Assembly: GCA_050273025.1 (NCBI GenBank)
Contig: CP158635.1
Span: 30,876,001-30,940,000 of the forward strand
Length of the DNA: 64,000 nt
Direction: 5' to 3'
Origin: Cenococcum geophilum
Lineage: Eukaryota
This document shows positions 37,300 to 50,804 of this stretch, piece after piece. Position 1 is the stretch's first letter. Each line of letters opens with the position of its first letter. The notes below the pieces were generated by a model. That model worked only from the letters and a program-made list of their open reading frames with translations, made no database searches and was not told the origin of the DNA. A program made the translations under genes and the position numbers.

Positions 37300-39717
37300 A
37301 GGGTATGGCGGTTGGGAGAGCAGCAGTAGAATAGTCAAAACAGCATTAGGCCTAGAGCAGGTCGGTTAGAACAGTTAAACGGCATAAAAAATTTAGCAGA
37401 CCTGGCAGTAAAATAGATCTAGCAACGACATAGATCTAGAACAGTAGAGACAGAGCAGTCGGTTAAGACAGTAAGGACGAAATAGCTGGACGGAATAGTG
37501 ACAGCAGCAGCGGTAGCGGCAGGGTAGTTAATTAAGATAGTAGAGATTCTGGCTTAATCTAATTATTTAGTTGGCTGTTTAATATTAAGACTCTACATCT
37601 AGCACTGCATCGGTCTGCATCGTACGCAGCTTCTTAGTTAAGGCTCCGCCCGTGGCTTTGTATTAGGCCCTGCATCTAGCTATATGTCTGGCTATGCGTC
37701 TGGCTATACATCTAGCTATGCATTAGTAACTCTACATTGCATATTCTGCGTCCATATCTACGTGTAGGTCTACATGTCTGCTTTAACTGCTAGCCGAAGA
37801 CTATCTAATCGGTCGGCGACGACGTGCTGCAACTAATTGTTCGGTTGTTCGATTAAGGTAGAAAGTCGGCCCAGTTAAAGGCTCTAACTGTCCTGATTTG
37901 AATGTAAAGACGGCGTTTAGCTAATTAAGATTTAGTAAGGCCCTGGCTTGACTTAAGGTGTCTTCTGCTATATATACGGCTAAGGCTTTGCACCCGTAGA
38001 CAATTGATTAAAACTTCCGCATAGACGTACGGTTGGTCAAGGCTCCGCATCTGCCGTTCAATTAAGGCTTCTCCTATATAGGCGTCCAGTTAAGCTGCCG
38101 TACTGTTGTCCAATCAGGGCTCTGCACCTATATACTCTATATCCGTAGACTCTATATACGACTCCGTGTAAGACTCTGTGTAAGGCTCCGTATCTATATC
38201 TGCAGGAAAGATCGTTCTAGTTAACCAATCCGTAGGCGTTGGGACGGGCGATCAATCAATAAGGGGGTGGGCAGTTAAGGGAAGAGACTCTCGCAGAGGC
38301 TCCAAAACGTTCTTCCGGCCGTATACTGATCTCCTGGTTAGGCCTAGTGCCTGCATGCCTGCGTGTCTACCATTATAGGATCTTTGACTGCTGATTGAAG
38401 ACGTCTAACGGCAACGGGTAACTAATTTGATTTAACTATAACCATACAATTGCCTGACGTTTAAATAGGGTATTAGGTCGGCCCGACTAAAGGCTCTAAT
38501 TTAACGACTTAGCTTATATAGGCGGCGTTTGACTAATCAGGATTTGACTAGCTTGACTTAAGGTGTCTTCTGCTGTATATACGACCTAGGTTCTACATCC
38601 GTAGGCTCTATATCTACGGATAATCGATCAAGACTTTAGCTGTGCAGTCATTCTGTTAAAGCTTTACATCCATGTAGTTAATTAATTAGAGCTCTGCATC
38701 CGTAGTCAGTTAAGGCTCTTAGTATCCACTAGACGTCTAATTTAGAGACCTATTTTAAGACTTTCTTATAAGCATAAGCGGCAGCTTCTAGTAGACCATT
38801 TTCGCAGGCCTAGTGCTTTTTTAGGATGTCCTTTGTAGCTGCTTCTTTACCCTTACTGCTGGCTATATACTTACGTATCCTTAATCTTCTTCTAGCTTAA
38901 AAACCTTCTTAGGGTTATCTTCTGCTTTTAGTCTCTTTGTTATTGTCCTACTAGCTCTACGCTTTATCTAAGTCGTCCTTAGTATCTTTAAAGCTATTTA
39001 GTAACAGCTTCTTAGTTATTGTAACTACCTCCATTATATATCCCTTGCCCTTATATCTATAATATAGTCCTTTTATTAAGACAATCCCTAAGAAGTGCTG
39101 GCTTCTACACGTCCAATGCCTACTTCCCTTATAATCCTTAACAAAGTCCTTTACTAGCTTAGCCAGACACGGCTTAATCCTATCTTTAGTCACATAAGGA
39201 TAGCTTAGGCCTAAGGTGGTTAGCTGTGCCCTATATATAATCTTTTATAGAGTATCCTTGTCTTCTCTTATCTCGCAGTGCCTCTTTATATACTACTTTA
39301 CCGTTTCCGCGGTGCTTGTTTTCTAATATTATGCTACTGCCCTTATACAGGTCCCCTCCTTGCCGTAGTATCCGTTCTCGTCGTACAGCTAGCGCAGTAC
39401 TAAATTCGGATGGCAGTGACAGTTGTGCTACGATCAGTCGTCGTTTAATTAAGGAACAAGGTCGGCCCGGTCAAAGGCTCTAATTTAACAACATTTAACT
39501 GATTTAATTTAGTAACGGCGACGTGCTAATATCAAGGCTCTGCTTAATTTAATTCCTCGACTAGTCGTGGCCCCTATATAGTTAATCGTTTGACCAAGGC
39601 TTCCGTGCAGTCATTTAATTAAGGCCCTACGTGTAGCTCTACGTTATACAATCGGCTCTATATCTATGTAATCAATTAAGGCTCTTAGTATCCGTTCTTA
39701 TCGTGTAGCTGCATCAT
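37300..39717 (-). pseudogene. C second, repeat-rich ORF remnant of unknown function (occupies the pol position)
   Basis: Long degenerate minus-strand coding-like stretch including ORF 38957-39193, with internal duplications near 37864/38476/39460. Confidence 0.4.
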
Positions 39718-39949
39718 CGAGTTCTAGGGGCGGTGTAGAGTTCTGCCAGCTCTATTGCTAATTGGACCAATTAGGATTTTCCATCCCCGGGATAGAAAAT
39801 CGCTATTAGCTCGATAATAGGCGGTAAGCTGAACTAACATCTCTGTAGCAGGTCGTCGTGATTAACGCATCTTAACGCATTATAATTAAGAAAATAAATA
39901 AGAAAAGGAGCTTTAGGAAATACAGTAATTAAGCAGATAAATAAAAATC

Positions 39950-42008
39950 TTTTTATACGGCCGTTACCTGCACCCTCTCCCCCACCTTAGAACTTAACTA
40001 TCCCTTAGTTAAATATTCTACACCTACTGCGGAGCCTGCGGGTTAATAGCTAACCTGGTTAAGCGTCCGTCTCCAAGACCATCTCTAAGGGTTAAACAAT
40101 TCATTCTTCTTCTAAGCTTTAGCCGTCTTATCCGTAGGCCGTGACCTAATCTAGATAGAATCTCCTGATCGTACATTCTTCTACGGCGGAGCCTGCGGTA
40201 CCTACTACGGAGCCTACTGCGAAGCCTACGGCTTAATGATTGTCCTAGCCGTACAGCTGTCTCTAAGGGTCGGGCGAGTCTGCGGACGTTGCTAGCTGGG
40301 CGTTACTACTAAGTCTATAGGCCGTACTTAATAGCAGTCCTCCCAGTTCGTACGCATTTTGTTACTGTTCTTTAGCACTACTCCGTTATAGAAAGCCGGT
40401 TGCTGCGTCTGTTCTTTCCTTAGCCTATTTAGGTTAGTTCCTTAGTACGTACGTAGCCAGTTCTTAATACCCTTTAGCTGTCCTTTATTGCCAAGCCGCG
40501 GGAGTTCCGGTCTAGGTTAATCGCGTATCCTAGCTGCTAGTCTTCCTTAATTAGATAAATGCACAAATCCTTACTAAACGAGATCCTTTAGGCCTTGGCA
40601 TTTAAATTTAGTAAAACGGTGACCTCCGTATCTAAAACAGGTCTGCCAGCCTTGTCTTCATGTGCCTTGCTAACCCTATACGTCCCACTACGGCCGTCTA
40701 AAGGCAGTAGAATCTTGCGGATATCGACAGTCCTGCGGATATTAAGAACCTTACGGATATTAAGAACCTTGCGGATATTAAAAGCCTTGCAGATATTAAA
40801 AGCCTTGCGGATATTAAGAGCCTTATAGGGGTCGAGGGTCTTACGGAGGTTGGGTGTCTTACAGAATAAAGGGAGCTTAGGTGCTGTTCTGCCAGTCCTT
40901 ATATCTTTATGCTAGGCTTTAAGCTATAGCCTAATCCGCGGTAGGTAACTGCTACTATATTAGAGCTCCTCCGTATACACCTAGTCTAGCCAGGTTAAGA
41001 AGTCTTCCTTCCCTTTAGCAGTTAAGCTCATTTCTTTGCTGCCGTAGCTCTTGTATTAGTTGGATATTTAGGAGCTCTTTTTCTAAAAAGACTTCCATTC
41101 ACTCGGCGCCCTCTATAGCTATTAACTTTAACTCTATAGCCTCCTTTAGTCTTTCAAATATAAGGGTACTAGGCTCGTCTGCTACGGCCCCTATCTTCTC
41201 TATTATATACCTACGGTATTTAATAGGGAGTCCTCGCATAAACCACCACCCCTTCTCTCGCTTAGTAAGGTTTCCTGCGGCTACTGCTTTAGCTAAGATA
41301 CTAGTGAAATTTTGCATATAGTAACGTAAGTCGCCCAGTTATTCTGTAGATATTTAAATATAAGCTTCTACAAAGTCTCTTATCTCCATGCGTTAGTAGT
41401 AGTCCTTAGCTTAATATTTAGTCCTAAGCCTTCTTATAAGCTCCCTCTAGTTACCAATTACGAACTTAGGTAGGCTTCGGATCTATATCCCTATCTAGTA
41501 ATCGCAGTACTCCGGAAGGCCCTAGTGCTTCTCCTTACTCGTAACGTAATATTAGGCGTATAGTCGTTTATATTGCTTGATAAACTGTAACACATCCTAT
41601 TCTATAAAGTACGGAGTTCCAATAGTCCCTAGGGCTAGCATAGGCTGGGTCATAACGTAGATCCTATCCTAAGCCGTTAACTACTAGTTATAGGGTAGTG
41701 CATCTAGAGCTTCCTCGGGAGCTTATAGGTGGTCCTTACAGCTCACATCCTTCGTCTACTAAGGGTTATCGGTCCTAGGTGTTATAGGTGAACGCTGCGG
41801 TAGGTCTACTTGTATAGCTATAGTCTTAACAGAGGGTGTCCTAGATAGCTGTCCTGGCGGGACCTTAATAGGTATATACTGCGGCTGGTCTACTTATACA
41901 GCTATATCCCTAACGGAAGGCACCTGCTTCTTGACGCCTAAGGGGGGGTCTTCCTAGAAGAGTACGGAATCTTTATTACCTACTGCCACCGGGTCTCGGT
42001 ACGTCCAT
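39950..42008 (-). pseudogene. C gag (Ylt1-like fungal Gypsy type) with QGSQYP repeats and zinc knuckle
   Basis: PR(G)TIGTPYF...QFIKQY.RL, LPEYCDY, WWFMRGLP (ORF 41099-41317), Cys/His knuckle region ~40640-40700, GFVHL...GRL. Confidence 0.7.
40715..40830 (-). repeat. 18-bp tandem repeat (~6 copies) encoding Q-G-S/F-Q-Y-P in C gag
   Basis: TGCGGATATTAAGAACCT units. Confidence 0.85.
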
Positions 42009-42783
42009 CTATTTTAGCCTATCGTTATTCCACGCGGTAGGGTGCTACTAAGCCTCTTGCTTTTACTTATATCTACTTCTTTACGGAACGCCTCTAGAGC
42101 TACTGCTGATATAATCCGGATAACTTAAAAGAGGATAAAGCTAAGCTAGAATAGAAAGCTTTTAAGGATAGATCTAATCTCGTATGCTTGCAACCTTGCT
42201 CGGTATTATCTCCTTTGTTCGTAAATAGCAGTACTAACTTCCTTTGCTGCCAAATGTCTTAAATCTCATTTCCATCTAATTAATTAGCCCTTAGCTTGTT
42301 GTCTTTATATCTTTAATAAAGGTCTGGCCATGCTCGGTAGTAGATCTTAGTAACTCTAACCGCCGGTTAAAGTTGTCTAATTGGCTCGCTGGTTCGCCTA
42401 ATATCCTTACACATAACTTTCCGAGACCCTTCTCTTCCTATAACCAAGTTAAGGTGGCAAAAACATCCGATTTAGGTCAACAGACTTACAGTCTTTTACT
42501 TCTTATTGCTACTCTTTGGCCTATGTGTTAAGTCTAGCTATCCTGTCTTTTTCCGGTACTGCCTAGTTCCCCTTACTGTTTAATATTGCCTGGTTCTCTT
42601 CTATTATCTCATCTATCTAGCTGGCGGTTCTTCCGCAGCTAGTCGTTCTTCTATAGCTAGCGGTTCTTCTATAGTTGTAGGATGTTCCTACGTATCTCTT
42701 ATATGTCTCCTGTGTGTCTCCTATATATATAGCACTAGACTTCTAATCCAAAGAGCTTGCCGTCGTCCCTATGTGGAATGCCA

Positions 42784-43047
42784 TAAAATATATAGGAGGG
42801 TACGACCTCTCTAAGATAGGAAAGTCACGGTGCTGTCAGTCAGTCTGTCTGTCGGTTAGTCGGTTAGTTAGTTAGTCGGTCGGTCGGTCAGTAGAATAGT
42901 TAGTAAGAAAGAAAGAAAAGAGTGTATTTCCGATAACTGGTAGAGTCGTGTTATATATATAATAAGAGAAGAAGGAAGGAAGCCGAAGGCTCTATAAATA
43001 TAGGAAAATGCCAAGACAGTAGGCGACGTCCAATCTACACCACCACA
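42784..43047 (-). repeat. C right (5') LTR, 257 bp, plus 7-nt leader
   Basis: Reverse complement of 36472-36735. Confidence 0.93.
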
Positions 43048-44656
43048 GTATAACCGATTATTACGGATTTTATATTTAGCGAGTGTAATATCCTTATATT
43101 ACCATTTCTCTGTTTAAATTGCTTCTATTATATTTACTATCTAAAAGTTATTCTTATATTTGTGTTCTATTAATTTATTTCTATTAAGCTCCGCGTCTAA
43201 AAATATAGGGTATAATTTTTTAAAGCGTTTAGGGGGCAGTAAAATTTATAATTAATTTATAATCCGTTCGTTAAAGTCGTTTATAGGTAAGTCCTATAAT
43301 TATTATATTAATAAGTTAGGCTTTTAATTAAGTTTGCTAGGTTAGTATATAATCTTAAAGTTAAATTATAAAAGGTATTTAGCCTAATAAATTTACCGTT
43401 ATATTAATTGCTTTATAGTTATAAAGTACTATAGGTTTTTATAGTCTATTAATACGCATATTAAAAACAACGATCCTTTAAGTTCTAGACACTATTATTT
43501 AAAGCATTTAATAATTATAAGCAGTTCCTTATTATATATCTTATAGTTTAATTTAGTAGGGTAAGTTTCCAGGAAAGAAAGGCTACTAGGCGTAGCTTAC
43601 CGTTCTTATTATATTATAATAATACTCCTCTTAGTACATAATTAGATAAGTCTATTTTAACAATGCATTTAAGGTCCAGATTAAAGTAGGTAAGAATTAA
43701 AGTAGTTATAAAATAATACTTTAGGTCATTAAAAGCTTATTTATATTTAGTAGTCCATTTAAATCTTATATTCTTTTTTATTAAGCTTACTAATAGCTAA
43801 ATAATTTTTAAGAAGTGATTAATAAATTAATAATAGAAATTTGTGAATTCTAGAAATCTTTAAATATCTTATATACTACTAGGACTTTCCTAGTTTATAA
43901 TTATAGTAATTTTCTTAAGGTTTATTTTAATTCTATTATGGAATATAATTAGGCCTAAGTATGTAACCTTAGATGCGTAGAACTTACATTTCTTAATATT
44001 GCATTATAAGCCCACGTCTTATAGGCGTTTAAGGACTATTTAGATGTGCTTCTAATACTTAAAAAGCAAAGATAAATAGATTAAGATATTATTAATATAT
44101 ATAATAACAAATATATTAAGGAATTCGCGAAGTATATTATTAACGTATTACTAAAATATACTAGGACCGTTCTTTACACTAAATAGCATTACTAGGTATT
44201 TAAAAGGTCCCTATTATATACAAAAAGCTATATACTTTTTATTTCCTTTATAAACACAGATTTAATTAAAGGTAGTAACTACGTTAAGCTTTATAAAGTA
44301 TTATCCTTTTACTAAGCAGTTAAGCGTTTCTTAAAGCAAAGGAATTAGATATTGGTTTTAAATTATAATTATATTTAGGGCTTAATAATTAATATAGAAC
44401 CTTAAGCCTTTTTTAGGTTTCTTAATAAATAGTATAGGTAAGGTAAATAGTAATTAATTAGGGTAAATAAATCCTTTCTTTAGGTGCTCTTTAAGGTATT
44501 ATTATATTATAAGCAGCTCTTTTTACAATATGCCGTATAACGGGCTAAACTTTAGCATTATACTAGGTTTAAGTTCTATGTTAAAATTATATTTATCTTA
44601 ATACAGGGGTAATTAGTTTATAAATTATTTCTTAAACATATTAATTAGATTATAAT
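43048..44656 (-). pseudogene. B RT + RNase H fragment
   Basis: FGPLYG, QSNSFA/YPIP region, FKYLVMLF, YI(DD)ILIY at ~44080-44105, RFL(G)F(A)NFY, LRLVAFLSWK. Confidence 0.88.
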
Positions 44657-47600
44657 TATATAATTATAGCACGTGGTACACAGAACGCGTAGTTACGCGT
44701 TTAGTGCACCAACTACTTAGGTGCTGACTAATTAGGGGGAGGCGCGTTAGTATATAGACTATGTAGTCTACCTTAATAGAAAAGACAGTCACCATTTATC
44801 TAAAAGAGTATATAATACTATACGTATTTCGTGCCCCTAGATATGACTTAATTATATTATTAAATTAATATAAACACTGATTAGTAAGCGCGCACAGATC
44901 AGTAATTACTTAATACCTCCCCTAAGCGATACATAATAGCGACCACCCGTTTAATCCTAGTATAACCTATTAGAAGGTTAAAAGTTAGGGATTACGGACT
45001 ATTACTAACTCTGTATACTTATTTAAGTCTTAATACGGTTTCCTAAAAGTGTAATAAACGCGAATATAGACCTTTATAGAACCCCCTACCTTTAAACCTT
45101 AAACCCCTATTCCTACTACACCCTCTCTTAATACCCCCGACCTCTTTTCGGACCCTTTACGGAAACCCCCCGCCCTCCTATAAATGTTACGGACCTGTTA
45201 ACCGCCTTTACGGACCACTATAAGACCTTTTCCACCTGCTACGTATTATACTATACAGTATGGCAGATATAAGTAAGCAGATTAATAAAGGTTAAGAGAA
45301 ATGGAGCTAAGGAGTTGACCTTACGTCTATAACTAACATTAACAACTATATTAAATATAAAATCCTTAAATACGGATATTTTAAGCTTATAAATAATGAC
45401 CTATAGAAGTAATATAAGGAAGACTTTATAGACTTTACGGAAGCTATTTTTAAAGCTTATAACCCTACTACTATCTATAACCTACGAACCCTTTTATGTT
45501 ACTAAGGCGTATAGGTTAAAAGGGATAAACGAGTTACTGTTGTGCGGTCTCTATACAATATACTACGTAAGGAGGACTAAACGGAATAGACTAAAGAGTA
45601 GATCTTAGATTATATTAAAACCAGTAACCTCTTTGCCTCCTTTAAACTTAATAGAATCTTTAGCCTTATAGCTAACCTATTTAACCAAATTTGTTCTATA
45701 AACCTAAGTAGTATTAAAATTAATCTTACTGGCTAAAGGATACCTAATACTTAAGTTACGGACTATAATACTACCGTAACCTAAATTATGGACCGTAATA
45801 CCCCTATAAACCAAAATACGGACTAAACCCCTTCCGTTACTTAAGTTATAGATCCGCAAACTACCTAAATAAAGACCTATAGTAAGGAGCTAGCTAACCT
45901 AGCTAAGCTCTATACCGACGAATCCAAGTACAGCGATAAAAACGACAATTTTAACTTTAAACTAACTATCTTTACGGACCTTTGTTAGAAGGCTGATATT
46001 CCTAAATAGGAGTTTAGCTAAGCCTACTCTCCTATACTGCGCGGCCTAGCCCTTAACTACTACTACACCAACCTTAAAAGTAACCCCCTTAGTGTCCCCT
46101 TTATCAAGCTATATAAAGCTATACGTAACTACTTTAAAGGGCCGGAATATAAGCGTAATATCCTTACCCAATAGAATGCGACTAAGCTACGGACCGTAAT
46201 TAATAAGAATACTAAAAAGTCGATTATAGAGTGCCTATAAATTCTTATTAAAGACCTCCGGCACCTATAGTACAGCCTTAATATTAAGCTACAAACAGAC
46301 GACTTCCTATATAATAAACTTATTACAGCCTACTAGGAAGTAGAACCCTATAAATACGCCTACTATAAGCCTGCAGACACTATAGCTGGCCTTATTAATA
46401 ATTTGCGGTCCTCTATTATAATATATAAAGTTTTAAATCCCCTAGGTAGTACTTAAGCCTTTATTACGGACCTATAAAACCTATAAACTAACTTAGATAC
46501 CTACTTTACGGACCGCTACTACCGCTAGCAGTATCTATACCGACTAAGTCCTACTCGTAACCCCCGTAGTAACTCCTGTATAAAAGTATACCCCTATAAA
46601 TAAACTAGCTAGAAGTGCTTTATGTGTGGTAAGGAAGGATATTAGTCTATAAGGCATACCTAGGAAGAACGTAATAAGTTTAAGAAGAGATTTAATAATC
46701 GGATTAACTAGTTCATCTTAAACTATAAAGGAGAGGAAGTAGAGGAGTCTCTTAACGAGTTAATAGAAGCCCTTATAATTAACTTTAACTTAAATACTTA
46801 AGAATATAAGACCTTAGAGACGTTCCTAACCACTTTTAGACCCTTTACAGATAGCTAAGCCTTTAATACTATGACCACATTAGCTAACCGCTCCTTTATA
46901 CACTTAATTACGCCTAAAAACCATTCTATAAGTACCCCCGTTACAAATATTATAGATTATAAGCAGGACCTATTTGCATATATTACTATAGAACGCTATA
47001 CCCCTAAGGAATTCTATAGCGTTATAATCGACATAGGTGCCTCTAAGAAGTCTACTATAGGCTATAGATAATACCTTATATATAGGACCACTATAAATAA
47101 TAATACGGATATTAATATTATGTAAACTAGGGCGGTAAACGTCTAATTCGGCATTAGCTTAACCGCATTAATTAGATTAGTTAAAGTTAAGACTCTTATT
47201 AGCCTAGTTAACTTCTACTTAGTAAAAGCGGATACCCCCTTCCTACTCTGTCTTGTAGACATAGATAGGTTATAGGTATACTATAATAATATTACGGACA
47301 CCCTAATAGGCCCTATAACTACCTTAGGAAGTAAGTATATTACCTTACTAATTATATAACAATTTAGACACCCGTTCCTTATATAGGGAGAGACTCTACG
47401 GACATATATTTAGGAATCTTTTAATTATAACCCGTACTACCTTACTAGTATAGAAATCCACCACCTATACCGCCGTTTTGGCCACCTATTAGCTAAAAAG
47501 CTGTATAGAGTCCTTAAACGCTCTAGATATGACGACGTTAATAGGAAGGCAATTAACCACCTAACTAAATACTGCTCCTACTACTAGAAATACGGACGTT

Positions 47601-50600
47601 TTCTAGGCTGATTTAAGTTTACCCTTTATAAGGATCTTAACTTTAACCACTTAGTATACGTAGATATTATGTATATTAACGGCAGCCTAGTACTATATAT
47701 AATTAATAAGGCAACCTATTATTAAGCCGCCTACTAGTTATAAAATATATCTATAAAGTATATATAGAATATTTTACGGACCTGCTAGATTAATATATAT
47801 ATTAGACCTCTACAGTATATTACCTACGACGCCAGTAGGAACTTTATTAGTAAGGAATTCTAGCTATATACTACGGCTATAGCTATATTAACAAAAGCTA
47901 TTCTAGTTAAGGCGTATTAGTCCGTTAGGCTTATTAAGTAAGCTTACCTAGCCTTATAGAGAGCTTAATAGATTATTATAGACGAATATAAGGATATTTA
48001 AAAGAAACTGGCTCTATAGATGGCCGTAAAAGCCGTTAATAATACCGCTAGCCTAAACGGACTAGTACCTACCCTTTTGGTTTACGGAGCTTACCTAAGG
48101 ATAAGCAACCTAGGCCCTTCTGCCCCGTCTATTACGGAATAAGCAGCTATAATACGGAAGGTAATAGCCAAAATAGTCAAATTATAGGCCAAATAAGTAG
48201 TTAATAGCGCCCTATATTACCGCAACGGACTAGATATAACTTTAGTTTATAACCTCCTGCTTAATTCTAAAGTCCTTATATAGTGTAAAAGCGGTAATTA
48301 GATAGGACCTTACCGTTTACTAGCCGTAGAAAACGAAATATACTATATATAACTCCCTAGCGAACCGACCAGCTTCAGGAGCACGTCCGTAAAACCCTAC
48401 TTTTGGCCCAAAAACACCTATAACGTTAAACCAGACAAACTAGAAGCGACTACCAAATCAGATAAACTAGAAGCACCCTTGCCTACCCTAAAAGTCCCCT
48501 AAAAACCTACTAAACCTACCATAAAGCGTGGCCGAGGACGCCCTTAAAAGCACTCCGTAACTAAGAACCCTATAATAAAGAATTATCTAACCTCCGCAGG
48601 AATATCCGTAAGGCAATCTCTGCCTACGGATATATTAGTTCTAGTATAGGAAATCCCGTTTACGGACTTATAATATAAAGAGATTAACGGACTACTTAAA
48701 AAGGGTATCTTTATAGTTATAATAGAGAGAGACGTTCCGCAAGGCGTCCGTATATTTAACTTACGCTTTATTAACAAAATTAAGCACCCTAGTACTAATA
48801 AGGCCTTTAAGAAATTAAGGCTTATTATATAAGCTTATAACGACTAAGGAAAGGACTTAGTCCTTATATAATCGCCTATAATTTAACGAGTTAGCTAACG
48901 GATTATACTTATACTTACGCCTAGCCTATAGTAAAGTAAACCTATAGCCCTCTACTTACGGGATATCTTGTAAGCCTATATACAGTCTAATACCTACCTA
49001 AGTAAAGATATATTTATACGACTACCCTATAAGCTTAACCTATAACTAGGAATAATTTTATAGGTTCTAAAACTTCTCTACAGAGTACCGGAAGCTAGAA
49101 ACCACTAGTTTAAGATATATTACTAGCACCACGTTAGTAAACTTAAAACGGAATAGTTGACCTATAACTCCTGCCTCCTATATACCCAATTAAATGGCCT
49201 TAGTATTATTGGGCTCTAAATAGATAATACCCTCTTTTTAGTAAACTAGACCTTTGCGGACGCTAAAGAAACTAAACTATAAAAGGCGAAGTTCTTAGCA
49301 AAGCTATAAGAGTAATTAACTAAGTAGACTCCGATTAAGTTTAACGGAGGCTTAATTATATAAAAGGGCAACCTAATTAAGCTAACTTAGGAGCGCCAAG
49401 CTAAAAACCTAAAGCCCGTTATAGTAAGGCCTATAGACCTTACTAGCTCCCGTAAAGAGACCCGTAAAACTGTAAATATAAAGGATTAATACGTCGCCTA
49501 ACGCGTAAGAGGCACCTATATTGCTATAGTCTGCCAACTTAAATCTACCTATAATTTGTTCTTTGCGGCCTAGGCAGTAGATTTATAAGAAGAAAATATT
49601 AAGTAGCTTAATAAGCGCATCTAGTGGCAAATTAACAATGCAGCGAGGGGACTTACTTTCGTACTACTAGACCTAAATTCCCTTAACTTACTAGTATTTA
49701 CGGACGCCTCCTTTACTAATAATAGGGACCTATTATTGCAAATCGGCTTTGTAATTGTACTTACGGACCATAATTAGGATATAAATATCTAATATTAGTC
49801 CTTAATTAAATGCAAATAAGTAACCCGTAGTGTACTGGCTTCTAAACTATATATACTAGCTTATGGCTTTAATATAGCAGCCGTAATTAAATTAACAATC
49901 TAGAAGATCCTATAATTAGAGCAGTTACCCCTAGTTATATATACTGACTTAAAGTCCCTCTATAACTGCCTAGTTAAACTAGGTATAATATAAGAGAAGA
50001 GACTTATAGTCGACCTTATGTGCTTACGTTAGGCCTATAAACGATATAAGATTATAAAGGTTAGATAGATTAGCGGCGGAAATAACCTAGTAGACGCTAT
50101 AACTAAGGTAAAGCTATATTAAGCCCTTAAAACCCTAATTAACATAAATAAGCTTAGTCTAAAGGTTATAAAATAGGTAGAACGAGACTAATAGAGTACT
50201 TATGGTTTGTTTACGGCCTGTTAAAAGACTATACGGCTTATTATACGGCCTATTTTACGGTATAGGTGGAAAACGGTAAAAAGCTGCGGTGGAACTTGGT
50301 GGACTCACGTGACCTACTAAATTCTGCCATATTCTGCAAGGGTAGTTAAATTAACCAATTACGATTTTCCATCCCCGGGATGGAAAATCGCTATTGGCTT
50401 GCTTAGCACTAGCGCCTTGGCGGCCCTTAAGATCTGACTTATAGCCAGCTTGAAGCACCATTTGGAAGGCAGCCTAGACGGCACCTTAGGGGAAATTTCC
50501 TATATATTTTCCTTTGTGTTTTACGGCTCTATTAAAGTAATTACGGAGGTTAGATATAAGCGAGTCATTTCCAAGTGCCGCTAGTGTATAATTATAGCAC

Positions 50601-50804
50601 GTGGTATACCGAACGCGTAGTTACGCGTTTAGTGCACTAACTACTTAAGTGCTGACTAATTAGGGGGAGGCGCGTTAGTATATAGACTACGTAGTCTACC
50701 TTAATAGAAAAGACAGTCACTATTTATCTAAAAGAGTATACGATACTATACGTATTTCGTGCCCCTGGATATGACTTAATTTTATTATTAAATTGATATA
50801 AATA
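44657..50804 (+). mobile_element. Copia D1 (GalEa-like), full length, 6148 bp
   Basis: 220-bp LTRs 44657-44876 and 50585-50804; TSD ATAAT (44652-44656, 50805-50809). Confidence 0.95.
45260..50191 (+). pseudogene. D1 gag-PR-IN-RT-RH polyprotein
   Basis: KCF(V)CGKEG(C)(W)S.RH, ID(T)GASKKST, L(H)RRFGH(P), K(S)RL..(Q)AYND, RDI(S)(Q)AY.QS, LY(G)VPEA(G)NH(W)F, GL(Q)(T)D(D)TLF, VFTDASF. Confidence 0.9.

Larger units (their letters stand above)
36472..43047 (-). mobile_element. Element C: non-autonomous gag-bearing Gypsy-like element with inverted LTRs and a 4-bp TSD
   Basis: 36472-36728 is the reverse complement of 42791-43047; TSD GTAT (36468-36471, 43048-43051); gag on the minus strand; no RT/IN motifs found. 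Confidence 0.88.

Noticed and set aside
40595..40828. LRILRT repeat ORF, or a CRISPR-like array
   Set aside because: Antisense of the gag QGSQYP repeats; no spacers; eukaryotic context.
36472..43047. Element C as a DNA transposon (TIRs) or DIRS element
   Set aside because: Each repeat is itself a TG...CA LTR, with a PPT and Gypsy-type gag. There is no transposase or YR, and DIRS elements make no TSD.
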